Assembly (NCBI GenBank): GCA_964291315.2
Contig: OZ219753.1
Coordinates: forward strand, 2,016,001 to 2,080,000
Source of the DNA: Candidatus Poribacteria bacterium
Lineage (GTDB): Bacteria; Poribacteria; WGA-4E; WGA-3G
Length of the DNA: 64,000 nt
Direction: 5' to 3'
Shown here: one piece after another, positions 50,540-60,816 of the stretch
Position numbering within the stretch: position 1 is the stretch's first letter
Layout of the letters: each line of letters begins with the position of its first letter
Program-made: the position numbers and the translations under genes
The notes under the pieces: generated by a model
What the model was told of the DNA's origin: nothing
Database searches by the model: none
Seen by the model: only the letters and a program-made list of their open reading frames with translations

Positions 50540-50713
50540 CAAGATGAAGCAAATTATACGCTCCCGATCGGTTTAGCGAGCTCGTTGGCATTTATCGGCA
50601 ATTATGGCACGCTGATCGCAGGAACGCTGCTCTCACTGATGCCGATTATTATTCCGTTTTTAGAGCATCATGAATTTGGGCAGAGAAGCACTTTAGCACA
50701 TGTTAAGGAGTAA
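50540..50713 (+). pseudogene. Remnant C-terminus of a carbohydrate ABC permease (MalG-like)
   Basis: YTLPIGLA....NYG.LIAG..LS.MP, then degenerates. Confidence 0.5.
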
Positions 50714-50719
50714 AAAACA

Positions 50720-51031
50720 GTGTCAGATTACACAACGGTCACAAAAACATCAGCTATCCGTGAAGGCCGCGGAAAAGCGTTTACTGTCAACGGAAAACGG
50801 ATTGCTATTTTCAACGAAAATGGTTCATTCTGCGCTGTGGACAACACCTGTCCGCATGCCTTGGGCTCTCTCGGTAGAGGCAGAATTCGGAACGGTATCG
50901 CTGTGTGTCCTGTTCACGGCTACGCCTACAATACGAAAACGGGAGAATGTCAAACCGACCCACGCCTTCGTATCAGGACATATCCGGTGATGGTTGACGA
51001 CGAAAAGATTAAAGTAAAAATAGAATCGTGA
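50720..51031 (+). CDS. Rieske [2Fe-2S] ferredoxin (NirD-like)
   Basis: CPH...CPVH, AAGGAG RBS. Confidence 0.9.
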   Translation: MSDYTTVTKTSAIREGRGKAFTVNGKRIAIFNENGSFCAVDNTCPHALGSLGRGRIRNGIAVCPVHGYAYNTKTGECQTDPRLRIRTYPVMVDDEKIKVKIES

Positions 51032-51217
51032 AAAAATTGTGTTCATCTCACATTTCAATAGAGTTGATCGCAGTACCTAACTCAGAAAAGGGCTCTATAA
51101 ATGCCAATGTAAACCCAATCAAATGAATTTGCGTTTCTACAACTAATTGCGTTACCATATTTAAGTGTCAAATGCATGAAAGTAAAATAAAATTAAATAA
51201 AGAGGAGCTACAATTCA

Positions 51218-52342
51218 GTGGGCTGTTTTATACGCAAAATTTTCATCCTACTTTTATCGATTGCCATCTTTCTACCGGTTCGCGCATTAGCGGGGCCTGG
51301 ACGGACAGGGGCACAAATCTTAAACCTCGGCGGGGGAGCAAGGGCAAGAGCACTTGGAGACGCCTTTTCCGCTATGTCTGGGGACGTGACTACGTCGCTC
51401 TGGAACCCAAGTGGATTGGCAGAAATGCCTGAGAGCAAACTCCGTTCAGGGAAACCAGCTACGCAGGCTTCAATGTTTTATGCGGATTACAGTGGACCTT
51501 TCGGGGAAGCCGGTGAGGGACTCTACTACACTTTCATTTCTGGTGCGATGCCGCTGGGAGGTATTGGCACTGTTGGCGCGACCCTCCAAATGCAAGGGCA
51601 AGGAACGATCGCTGTAACAACGGATTCGCCAGACGTGCTTCGCGAGGAAAGCCTCGGCACCAACTTCGCTTTGACGTTCTCGTACGCGGACCGGATCACG
51701 GAATCTTTGTCCGCTGGCATCAACGGCAAAATGATTCGGATGGTACTTGGCCGTGAAAGCGGAATCTCTTATGCAGTTGATCTCGGCATGCAATACCATC
51801 TCCCTTTTGACCTTATACCCACAAGAATCGGTGTAGCAATCCAGAACGTCGGTCCGGGTATCTCTTTTATTGATGAAAACCAAGCGGATCCGTTACCTCG
51901 GCTCTTAAGACTCGGCACTTCAATGAGTCTCTATCAAGATAGATATAACCACCTCCGTCTCGTCAGTGGTATCACAGCATATATTGATAAGCTGTCGGAA
52001 AACGAAGCTGAATTAGCCGTGGACTTAGAACGCCTCAACGCTGAAAGGAAAGAAAAACTCACACGGGAACAGCTGCTTTCCGATCGCGGTGTCGGGATCC
52101 GGGCATTTGAATTGCGGCACCTTCAAAAGAATCTCGGATTAGAGTACTGGCTTGCTAACTTGCTCGCGCTACGGGTCGGGTACAAATCTGAACCTGGCGT
52201 TAACTTGCCGGAATTGACAGATCACATTACCTACGGCATTGGGGTCCAATATTATCTATTCAACTTTGACTTAACGTACGGACCGCGCTTCGGTCCGAGT
52301 CGCGAACGGCTCATTGAAGCTACCGGGATGCTTATTTTTTAA
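51218..52342 (+). CDS. PorV/PorQ-like outer-membrane barrel
   Basis: L..G.GARA.ALG.A, WNPSGL, A.DLG, QN.GP, DPLP, GLEYW, LR.GY. Confidence 0.75.
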   Translation: MGCFIRKIFILLLSIAIFLPVRALAGPGRTGAQILNLGGGARARALGDAFSAMSGDVTTSLWNPSGLAEMPESKLRSGKPATQASMFYADYSGPFGEAGEGLYYTFISGAMPLGGIGTVGATLQMQGQGTIAVTTDSPDVLREESLGTNFALTFSYADRITESLSAGINGKMIRMVLGRESGISYAVDLGMQYHLPFDLIPTRIGVAIQNVGPGISFIDENQADPLPRLLRLGTSMSLYQDRYNHLRLVSGITAYIDKLSENEAELAVDLERLNAERKEKLTREQLLSDRGVGIRAFELRHLQKNLGLEYWLANLLALRVGYKSEPGVNLPELTDHITYGIGVQYYLFNFDLTYGPRFGPSRERLIEATGMLIF

Positions 52343-52358
52343 GGGGAAAGAACACAAA

Positions 52359-53183
52359 GTGAGATTTATTAACACCCAAATTTTGATAATTGTACCAATA
52401 TTCTGTTTATCGTCCAGCTTTTGCTTAGCATCCGAAGTTTCCTCCGTCCCATTATTCACGACTTTCTATCTGGATTCCGCTCTCGGCAACCGTTCATTTA
52501 CCGACAGAGCGGAAGCCGTTGAAGCTCTGGAAACGAGCGAAAGTCTTCAATCCCGGAAATCTCCGAATGAGGCGTTTTTTTATTCGCTCGTTGTTCCCGG
52601 CATGGGGCAACTCTATACGGGCGCTAAGCGCGGATATCTTTACACCGCTACCGAAGTAGGTCTGATCGCGACCTATTTTATTCTCCGAAATAGCGCCACC
52701 AACACTCGAGAAGACTATCGCGACGTTGTCAGACAGAATGTAATTTTTGAAGGCCCGGGCTCCTTTGAGGATTGGGACCCGATTGAAGATTTTGAGCATG
52801 CCACACAATATGAAAATTGGAATCACGTTTATGATTCAGAAGAAACTCGGAAACGAACCGGCAAATGGTACTGGAACGACGCAAAATCCTTTAAAGATGA
52901 AGCCGATGTAGACATTGAATTCGATTCTCCACACCGCCTAGAGGCTTTTGACTTACGGCAGAAAGCAAACGATACCTTTCAACTTGCGCGGACAGTATTA
53001 GGCGTAGCCATCTTGAACCACATTGTGAGTGCCGTGGAGGCACGGATCACGACCAAACGTTTCAACACCGGCTTGCAAAATTCACTCACGCAAGCAGAAA
53101 CAAGGGGATTTGAGGTAGATATAAAAACTGATATGTCAACAGGCGCACTCGCCGGGACGCTTGTTCTACGAAAAAGGTTTTAG
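52359..53183 (+). CDS. Hypothetical membrane/secreted protein (DUF5683-like)
   Basis: KSP..A...S.VVPG.GQLY.G; NHIVSAVEA. Confidence 0.6.
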   Translation: MRFINTQILIIVPIFCLSSSFCLASEVSSVPLFTTFYLDSALGNRSFTDRAEAVEALETSESLQSRKSPNEAFFYSLVVPGMGQLYTGAKRGYLYTATEVGLIATYFILRNSATNTREDYRDVVRQNVIFEGPGSFEDWDPIEDFEHATQYENWNHVYDSEETRKRTGKWYWNDAKSFKDEADVDIEFDSPHRLEAFDLRQKANDTFQLARTVLGVAILNHIVSAVEARITTKRFNTGLQNSLTQAETRGFEVDIKTDMSTGALAGTLVLRKRF

Positions 53184-53194
53184 CAGGAGAACCT

Positions 53195-54133
53195 ATGTCA
53201 TTAGAGATACCACAACTATTAGATGCTCTCAATTCGGTTACAACGATACCTATTATCCCCTTCAGGGGAAACACAATTGATTATATCGGGCATTCGAAAA
53301 ACATCGACTACTTGATGCATAACAATTATCTCGATCAAGGACGAAAGCGCGTCATCGCTATTGCTGGAACGAGTTTAATTCATCATATCAGCGATGCCGA
53401 CCAAATTCGCCTTATTGACAAAACTGGACAGCAAATAGGAAACGATGGTATTCTCATGGCTGGTGTTGTTCCAAATCCTATCTGTCAAGCAGCCCAACTC
53501 ATAGAAGCACAGAGCAAACTCCAAAGGCCACCGGACGTGTATCTGCTCATGCCTTTAACGGGTATTTCTCACCCAGAGGGTATTTACGAAGAATACATGA
53601 AATTCGGTGAAACTTATGGCACGGCTTGCGGTGCACGTTTCCTCTATTACCTCCGTCAAAAACGCGAACTATCTACAGTCATCCGCCTCCTCAACGATTC
53701 CCCGCATTTTATTGGTGTGAAAATTGGCACCGGAGAAACAGATGTGAAGCCGCTTGTAGATGGAGTCGGCGATAGCGGACTTGTGATGTGGGGTATCGGA
53801 GACAGATGTACGCGTCCGGCGCAGCTCGGAACAAAAGGACATACCTCTGGTATCGCGGTCGCCTTCGCGCGCGCCTCGGACGAGATTAACAACGCACAAC
53901 GCCGTGGTGATTATGAAACCTCGGCACGCATTGAAACCGATATCGAGCCGCTTGAAGAGATCCGTTTCATGAATGAACGCGTTTACAATTATTCGGCTGT
54001 CGTTGAAGCGATGATCCTAAGCAGGTTTGACGACATTGAAGCGGGAGCCGGCGGTCCCTTTAATCCACGTGTTCCACCTAGAATTCAGGAACAACTCCGC
54101 AAGGCGATGCCAAACCTAAAACCTTATCATTGA
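53195..54133 (+). CDS. Dihydrodipicolinate synthase/aldolase family (divergent)
   Basis: IPF, YY.R, GVK (Schiff-base Lys), G.TSG. Confidence 0.65.
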   Translation: MSLEIPQLLDALNSVTTIPIIPFRGNTIDYIGHSKNIDYLMHNNYLDQGRKRVIAIAGTSLIHHISDADQIRLIDKTGQQIGNDGILMAGVVPNPICQAAQLIEAQSKLQRPPDVYLLMPLTGISHPEGIYEEYMKFGETYGTACGARFLYYLRQKRELSTVIRLLNDSPHFIGVKIGTGETDVKPLVDGVGDSGLVMWGIGDRCTRPAQLGTKGHTSGIAVAFARASDEINNAQRRGDYETSARIETDIEPLEEIRFMNERVYNYSAVVEAMILSRFDDIEAGAGGPFNPRVPPRIQEQLRKAMPNLKPYH

Positions 54134-54242
54134 ACGGCATTCAAGAAGTAGGAGTCTATAGGGTGAACTGTTCTTGTGTAACTAACACAATCAATAGCCA
54201 ACCTTCGTTCTAATTTTTATTTTCTGTTCAGGGAAATCTGCT

Positions 54243-55964
54243 ATGTCCTACGATAGTTTAGCCCTCCGTCTTGTTGTCCATGAGCTGCGTGACACCTTGT
54301 TGAATGGGACAATTCGCCATATTGAACAAACAAATGCGAACACTTTTTCATTCAGGGTGGGGCGTGCTGCGGAAACGTATTGGCTCACCTTATCGGGGCA
54401 TTCATTGCATGCGCGGGCGCATCTCATTGAGAAGCCACCAAGGGGTCAGAAGCAGTCTTACCTCGCGGGTTTTCTCACAACGCATCTCAGAGGTGGCAAG
54501 ATCACTGCAATTGAACAGCTCGGTTGGGATCGGATACTTAAGATAACAGTCCAACCAGTCTCTGACGATCCTATTCACCGCTGTCCAAAGGCCCTTATAG
54601 CAGAATTCATGGGAAAATATAGCAACATCATCCTCATTGACACAGATGACAACCGGATTTTGGAAAGTCTGAAGCGTATTGATGAAACGATGAGTCGGCA
54701 TCGTGAAATTTTGCCAGGTGAGAATTATACCTTACCGCCACACCAGAAAAAATTGGACCCGTTGGCTTTAAACAAATCAGGATTTAGAGAACTAGTCGGC
54801 GGGCAGGAACAGGTGAGTTGGCGGAAACTTTTTAATCAGATTGACGGTTTCAGTCCAACCCTCGCAAAAGAGGTAGTCGCGCGCGCTGCACATATCGAAC
54901 TGTGGGATGCCTATCAACAGGTTATCGCCTATTTCAACCCGAAGCATGCCTCTCCGCAATTGCTTATGGATGACGGGGGGCCGGTTGCAGCGTCCCCGCT
55001 ACCTTTGCGCCAGTTTCCGCAAGCCTCCTGTCGAACGTTTGATACTATGAACGAGGCACTCTGTGCATACTACGCGGCGATCACGCTAAAAGAGCAGACT
55101 GCTTCGGAACAGCATAAACTTATACAAGCATTGAAGAAACAAGAAAATCTACTCCAGCGAAAAGCAGAGGGACTGCGCGGTGACTTGGAACGGGCAGAAA
55201 AAGCCGAAGATTACCGCGTTCAGGGCGAGTTGCTTCTTGCCAACCTACCTGCAATCCAGCGCGGACAAAAAGAGGTCGAGCTGCAAAACTATTACAGTTC
55301 TAACCTAGATATGCTGTCAATCCCGCTCAATCCTGAGCAGACCCCTTCCGAAAATGCTCAAGCCTACTTCAAGAAGTACACAAAGGCAAAGCGGGGACGA
55401 TCGCGCATCATGCAACTGATTTCCGACCTTGAGGCGGAGCAGGAAATGCTCCAGCTATATGCGTCCAAATTGGAAGCAGCTGATACCTTAGAGGCACTCC
55501 AAAACCTCCGTGCTGAGTTCGTTAAAAACGGATATGTCAAAGCACAGCAGCACGGAAAACAGAAACCAAAAACAGAGGCAGCTCCTTTCCGAAGATATAC
55601 TTCCACCAACGGATTCCAGATATACGTTGGACGGAACAGTCACTCCAACGATTTGCTCTTACGTCAGATCGCTAAACCGCGTGATATGTGGCTCCATGCG
55701 AAGCAGATTCACGGTTCCCATGTTATCATTCGTAACCCAGAGAACCGACAAGATATTCCGATGCCGACGTTATTACAAGCCGCCCAGCTCGCCGCCTATT
55801 ACAGCAAAGCACATCATGCCAGCAATGTCCCGGTTGATTATACATGGGCGCGGTATGTTGTTAAGCGCAAGGGGAACGTCGCTGGTTACGTCCATTATAC
55901 GCGCGAGAAGACGTTGTACGTAGAACCCGCTGCGCCCAAGTCTCTGTTTCGTGCAACACAATAA
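54243..55964 (+). CDS. rqcH: NFACT/RqcH (FbpA) ribosome quality-control protein
   Basis: DRIL, EFMGKYSNIIL, ENAQ.YFKKY.K, GRN...ND.L, WLHA..IHGSHV, VDYT. Confidence 0.9.
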   Translation: MSYDSLALRLVVHELRDTLLNGTIRHIEQTNANTFSFRVGRAAETYWLTLSGHSLHARAHLIEKPPRGQKQSYLAGFLTTHLRGGKITAIEQLGWDRILKITVQPVSDDPIHRCPKALIAEFMGKYSNIILIDTDDNRILESLKRIDETMSRHREILPGENYTLPPHQKKLDPLALNKSGFRELVGGQEQVSWRKLFNQIDGFSPTLAKEVVARAAHIELWDAYQQVIAYFNPKHASPQLLMDDGGPVAASPLPLRQFPQASCRTFDTMNEALCAYYAAITLKEQTASEQHKLIQALKKQENLLQRKAEGLRGDLERAEKAEDYRVQGELLLANLPAIQRGQKEVELQNYYSSNLDMLSIPLNPEQTPSENAQAYFKKYTKAKRGRSRIMQLISDLEAEQEMLQLYASKLEAADTLEALQNLRAEFVKNGYVKAQQHGKQKPKTEAAPFRRYTSTNGFQIYVGRNSHSNDLLLRQIAKPRDMWLHAKQIHGSHVIIRNPENRQDIPMPTLLQAAQLAAYYSKAHHASNVPVDYTWARYVVKRKGNVAGYVHYTREKTLYVEPAAPKSLFRATQ

Positions 55965-56068
55965 CATAAATCCTAGAAAAGCCTAAAAAAAATGCGCGTC
56001 AAGAGCTCTGTCTTTGAGCTTCTAAAAACCGGGCACAAAACCACCGTTTAAACCAAAACCTCCCTTTT

Positions 56069-58943
56069 TTAATACCTCCGGTCTCCGAAACTATGCAAGC
56101 TCATGACCTCATTTCCGCGCGGGTCGATGACTTTGACTGCGACCTGTTTATGCGGTCCAGAACGGAACGGAAACGACGTTGTACCACTGAACCGCTCAAA
56201 CTGCTCTTCATCAATAACGCCTTTCAAGGCACGGGCAATCTTCTGCCACGCCGTCTTGTCCGGGAAGAAGGCTTGTGTGATGCAGAACGTGCGTCCATCG
56301 TAGTCGGTATCCACAAACCACGCCGCCACCTTATCTACACCCGCAGAACGCACGGTGTTGTCTGCCGGGTTGTAGATGTCGACACCCTCCATCTTGACAA
56401 TATACTCACCTTCATCGGTTTCCTCAAGCGTTGTGCGGGGCATTCCGAAGACGGTAAAGAGCTGCGTTGAGGGTGTCTGCTTGAGGAGTCCACCCATTGC
56501 GACATCCGGGTTGATGTGTGCCATATGGATACGGACCCTGGGGTTCGGATCGTCTTGGATAACCGCTTGTGCCGCGCCGTCAAAACTGAACCCCGCGAAG
56601 ACGAGTTCATCATAGCCACGGCGGGAGGCGATGGGTAGACACGCCTCGACTTGCATTGCGGTGATGGGGCCGTGCTGTGGTCCAAATGCGACGGCGACGG
56701 AGGATTCGGTATCGCAGTGTTTCCAAGTGCCTTCTGCGTGGAGGATATCGGCTTCGAGGGGGTCGAGGGTGTCGAATGTCAATGTGTTGTTATTAGTGAA
56801 TCGGACGCCGTCGTGTCGGAGGTGATGTATCATCTGTTCGAGGTATGCCTCGGCATTGACTGCTTGGTGCGTGTCGGTCTCGGCATCAAAAGTGGTTTTG
56901 ACTTCTTCGGGTTGTGCTGCGATAGGTGAATCAAGGTCGAGCGACTCTTCTGCGGGTTGCACTGCCTCTACGGTGAAGGGACCGGTGACGCGCACTCGTT
57001 TTCTGTCGATGTGTGGCTGATCGACAAGTTCTTCGGTTTCAGATGCTGCGGCGATGCATGCGTTGATGTCGTGCATCTTTGCTTGCCACGCTTTGCGGTA
57101 GTCTACGAGAGCGTGTTGTAGTGTTTTTGGCCAGTCGGGGTCTGTATCGAAGGGTACTTGCCAGTCGTTCCAGTGTGTATCTGGTAGCTGCCAGCGTCTT
57201 TTATCTGCGTCTGTGATGGCAGTTTTGCCGTGTTTTTTCTGTTTATCGGTGAGTTTTGCGAGAAGTTTTATGCGAAGCGGGGGGGGTAATCTGTGATAAG
57301 TTGTTGTTCAAAGCATCCAACTTCTCTTTCAATATCGGCTCATGCTTGGCAAATATCGGATCCAGGGCCGTATTTTGGGCGATACTTTTGAGGGTGATAT
57401 GCGGAGCCTGTTTATTGACAAAACCCCCAATGATGCCCTTCGATTCATCTTTGAGTTTGTAGTAATCAAAGGCTCCTGTCAATAAGCGTTGTCGGGCTAA
57501 GGCGACAGCCACGCGGCTGGTATCAATCGCAATCCAGCGTCTGCCCCACTGCTCAGCAACATAGGCAGTGGTACCACTTCCACAAGTTGGATCGAGGACA
57601 AGATCGCCTGGGTCTGTGGTCATGAGAAGGCAGCGTGCAACGATTTTATTGTTCGTTTGCACTACGTACATCTTATCAGCAGCACCACCAGATAAATCCG
57701 TCCATACATCCGGAACCCGAGCAACTGGGTAATCGCTGGCCAAACGCTTATACATAATGTTATTATCTGTAGCGAATATTCTATCAGCTCGAATTAAACG
57801 ATCCATACCTTCGTCAGTAGTTGCCCAGTGCCTTCCGGGACGAGGCTGATATTTTTTACCGTTGAATTCTACTGTGTAAGCCCCAGTTTTACTTTCGCCC
57901 TGTGACTGTAAATCTCCCTTCTGTATTCCAGATTTATTAGTGTTATCTTTTCGAACAAAAAGATTATGATATTTTACATTTTCAATGTCTTTTGCAAACC
58001 ATAGGATATAGTTACCCAAGCGATCTATCTTTTTTGCCTGCCTTCCAGATGTCGTTTTGAAGCAAATTTGAGCAACTAATTTTTCGCTCCCAAATACTTC
58101 ATCCATAATACACCGCACCCGATGCACATTCTCATCTCCTATCTGCACAAAAATACTGCCGCTATCGGTCAACAACTCCTTCGCAACAATCAACCGATCC
58201 CGCAGATACGCAAGATATGAGTGGATACCCAAACGCCACGTATCCCGATACGCCTTGATCTGCTCACGCTCACGCGTCAAGTCCTGGGACCTCTCTTTCA
58301 CATCCCGCTGAAAGACGTTCGGTTGAAAGTTAGACGCAAACTTGATGCCATACGGCGGGTCTATGTAGATCATCTGCACCTTGCCACCGAGATTTTCACG
58401 TTGTGCAAGGGAACTCATCACTGTGAGACTATCCCCAAGAATGAGGCGATTCGCCCAATCCACATCGTGCTGGTAAAAGTCAACCGCTGTGCTGTAATCC
58501 TGCTGCGGATCGGCGAAGAGTTCACGTTGGACGTTTTGGCGTTTTGCGGTTTTCAAGATTGCCTTGCTGCTGATGCGTTCGTGGATGTGGAGTGCCACGG
58601 GGTCGACGCTGAAGGTTGCGTTCTCCTGTTTGCCTGTCCATTCAAGCCAGGGGGCATGGTGTCGGAGTGCCTCGGCGAGGGTCGTTGCCTCATCTGCGGA
58701 GAGGGCGCGTTGCTGTGCGATATGGAGAAGTTCGGGGAGTTTGTCTGCGTCTGCGTCTGGGTCGGATCGGAGGCGGGGTGGCAGGTGTGGATTGTATGCG
58801 TATTGCCGTTTCGGGGGCTCTTGGATCTTCCCTTGTGCGGCGATGCCTGCAGGTGGGTTATTCTTTCGGGTAGCAGTACCGTGTCGGTAGTCTCGGACCT
58901 CTTTTAGTTTAGCTGGTTTAGCAGTGCGTTTTTTTCTTGACAT
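56069..58943 (-). pseudogene. Type III Mod-like beta-class N6-adenine DNA methyltransferase, frameshifted at a C8 tract (57279-57286)
   Basis: DPPY precedes DPTCGSGT; removing one C fuses the two ORFs through ITPPLRIKLL...WQVPFDTDPDWP...KMHDINAC. Confidence 0.85.
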
Positions 58944-59625
58944 TCTAGGACCTCTTTATGGAAATTGATACGGTAAGTTGACAATGAAATTGAGCGTTTT
59001 TCAACAAAACGCAAAGATGTAGGTATATTATAACGTGAGTTTGATAGATATTTCACGGCTTTTATAATCTGAAAAATGTAGAGGCAATATCTTCTCAGCA
59101 TTGATGGCTTATCCGTTCGGGGGCATGTCTCCTCGTTGAACTCCAGCAGGGACAAGATTTACCAAGCAGCTCTAAACACTAAATCTTTTTCACACTCAAA
59201 ACCCCCGTTATAGTATTTTTGCAGTTCTGTAAATAGCCGAATCCTATTGTGATCAACTCTTATCAGCTGGTCAGGGAAAATATGACTTAACTTTCACATC
59301 AACTTGTAGTATAATAGAGACAGATAGCGAATCCAGCAGGCGTATGTACAGGCAGGAAGTGTGCTGGTAATTCTAAAGCAGTAGAACCAAAATTTGCGGG
59401 CGAAGCCTGCTTCTACAAGAAAAGCCCCGTTGGGGATTAGATTTATAGGAAGTTTTTTAACAGAATGGATCTACAACAAATTAACGTCAAGGTTTTTACA
59501 ATTGAAATAGGCGATAGAACACTCATCTGCTGCCTGTTTCTCGATAATCTTCAGATGTTGGAATTTATGGACACAGCCGCCTAGAGCTGTGGAACGTGTG
59601 GATTTATTCATACGGAGGAATTATA

Positions 59626-59967
59626 ATGATAGACTGGATCTATTTTCGGAATGGTTGAAACTCCTGCAAAAAGGTGCAAGATTTACTTGACACACACAAT
59701 TTACAAGCCAAAAGCCGTATAGATGCCCGAAAAGAGAAATTGGAGGCAGAAGCTGTATGGGAATTAATGGGTAGTGCGGAACGCATCGTTGTTGCTAAAG
59801 GGAGACGCGTTGAAACCTTCGTACCAACTGAAGCCTCTCAAGAATCAATTCTAAGAGCGGTGTTGGGACGAAGCGGTCAGCTACGTGCACCGACACTACG
59901 AACCGGTGATGTCTTTCTGGTCGGCTACAACAGTACACTTTACCAGATGGAGGCACCGTTTGCTTAA
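59626..59967 (+). CDS. ArsC/Spx-like thioredoxin-fold selenoprotein (UxxC), 113 aa
   Basis: GGAGG RBS, ATG59626, MIDWIYFRNG-TGA(59656)-NSCKK in frame with the downstream ORF ending LGRSG.LRAPT...L.GY. Confidence 0.85.
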
Positions 59968-60181
59968 ACCTACAAATCTGAATTTTTGATACCTAACCTT
60001 GGAAACCCTCAACCTACACGAAAAAGTGAGACAACGGATTTCAAATTTCGTTGCGGATGCCCAGACTAACAATCTATACTACAAGAGAGGGTCCCTAAAT
60101 CTTTTTTCAAACTCACGTTAGAACTATTTTGAGTATTATACTAAGCAGGCTTCGGTAGTATGACAGCAGTTAGCAGTTAGT

Positions 60182-60487
60182 TATGCTGCGAACGGGTATG
60201 GTCTCTATGATATGGCGGGGAATGTCTATGAATGGTGCTTAGATGTGTATGACATAGAGTTCTATGCCAGTTCTCCTACCCGGAATCCGTTGTCGGGTGC
60301 GCCTAGTCTTCAGTGGTTATTAGATAACTGCACAACGACTGACAATCCCCGCGTCTTGCGTGGCGGCTCCTGGCTCAATAGGGCACAAGGCGTGCGGGTC
60401 GCCAACCGCAGCTTCAGCGACGGTTCGCCTCCGGCGCGCGTACACTTCCTCACTGGGTTTCGTTGTGCAAGGTCAGTTTCTCCTTGA
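60182..60487 (+). pseudogene. Orphan C-terminal fragment of an FGE-sulfatase gene
   Basis: YAANGYGLYDMAGNVYEWCLD...RGGSW...GFRCARSVSP; in-frame TGA at 60161. Confidence 0.8.
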
Positions 60488-60816
60488 GGCTTTATGGCTT
60501 GTGCTTTTTATCCGGAGATAAATCGATGAAAAACACTGAAGATACAAACAAGGGCGTGATAGCGGTAGGCAATTCGCAGCTATCCAAGCTTTGTGTTCAA
60601 CCTTTGCAAAAGCGGGTTAGGGCTTATAAAAAAAAAGTATGGGACGTATCGGTATTCCATACTTTTTTCATCTTCATCAAATTTCACCAGCTATAGTTAT
60701 CGGTTGGAATTACTGGCCATGAGTGCCTCTCTATAGGCCGCGATAGCGAGCTTATTTTTTCTCTTTAGCTGTAGCCAACCAAATTTACTGAGTTTAATCG
60801 AGGATAGCATGTGAAA

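Noticed and set aside
60340-60487. FGE fragment as a DGR template repeat
   Set aside because: It is not AAY-rich, its differences from the intact gene are not confined to adenines, and there is no reverse transcriptase in the window.
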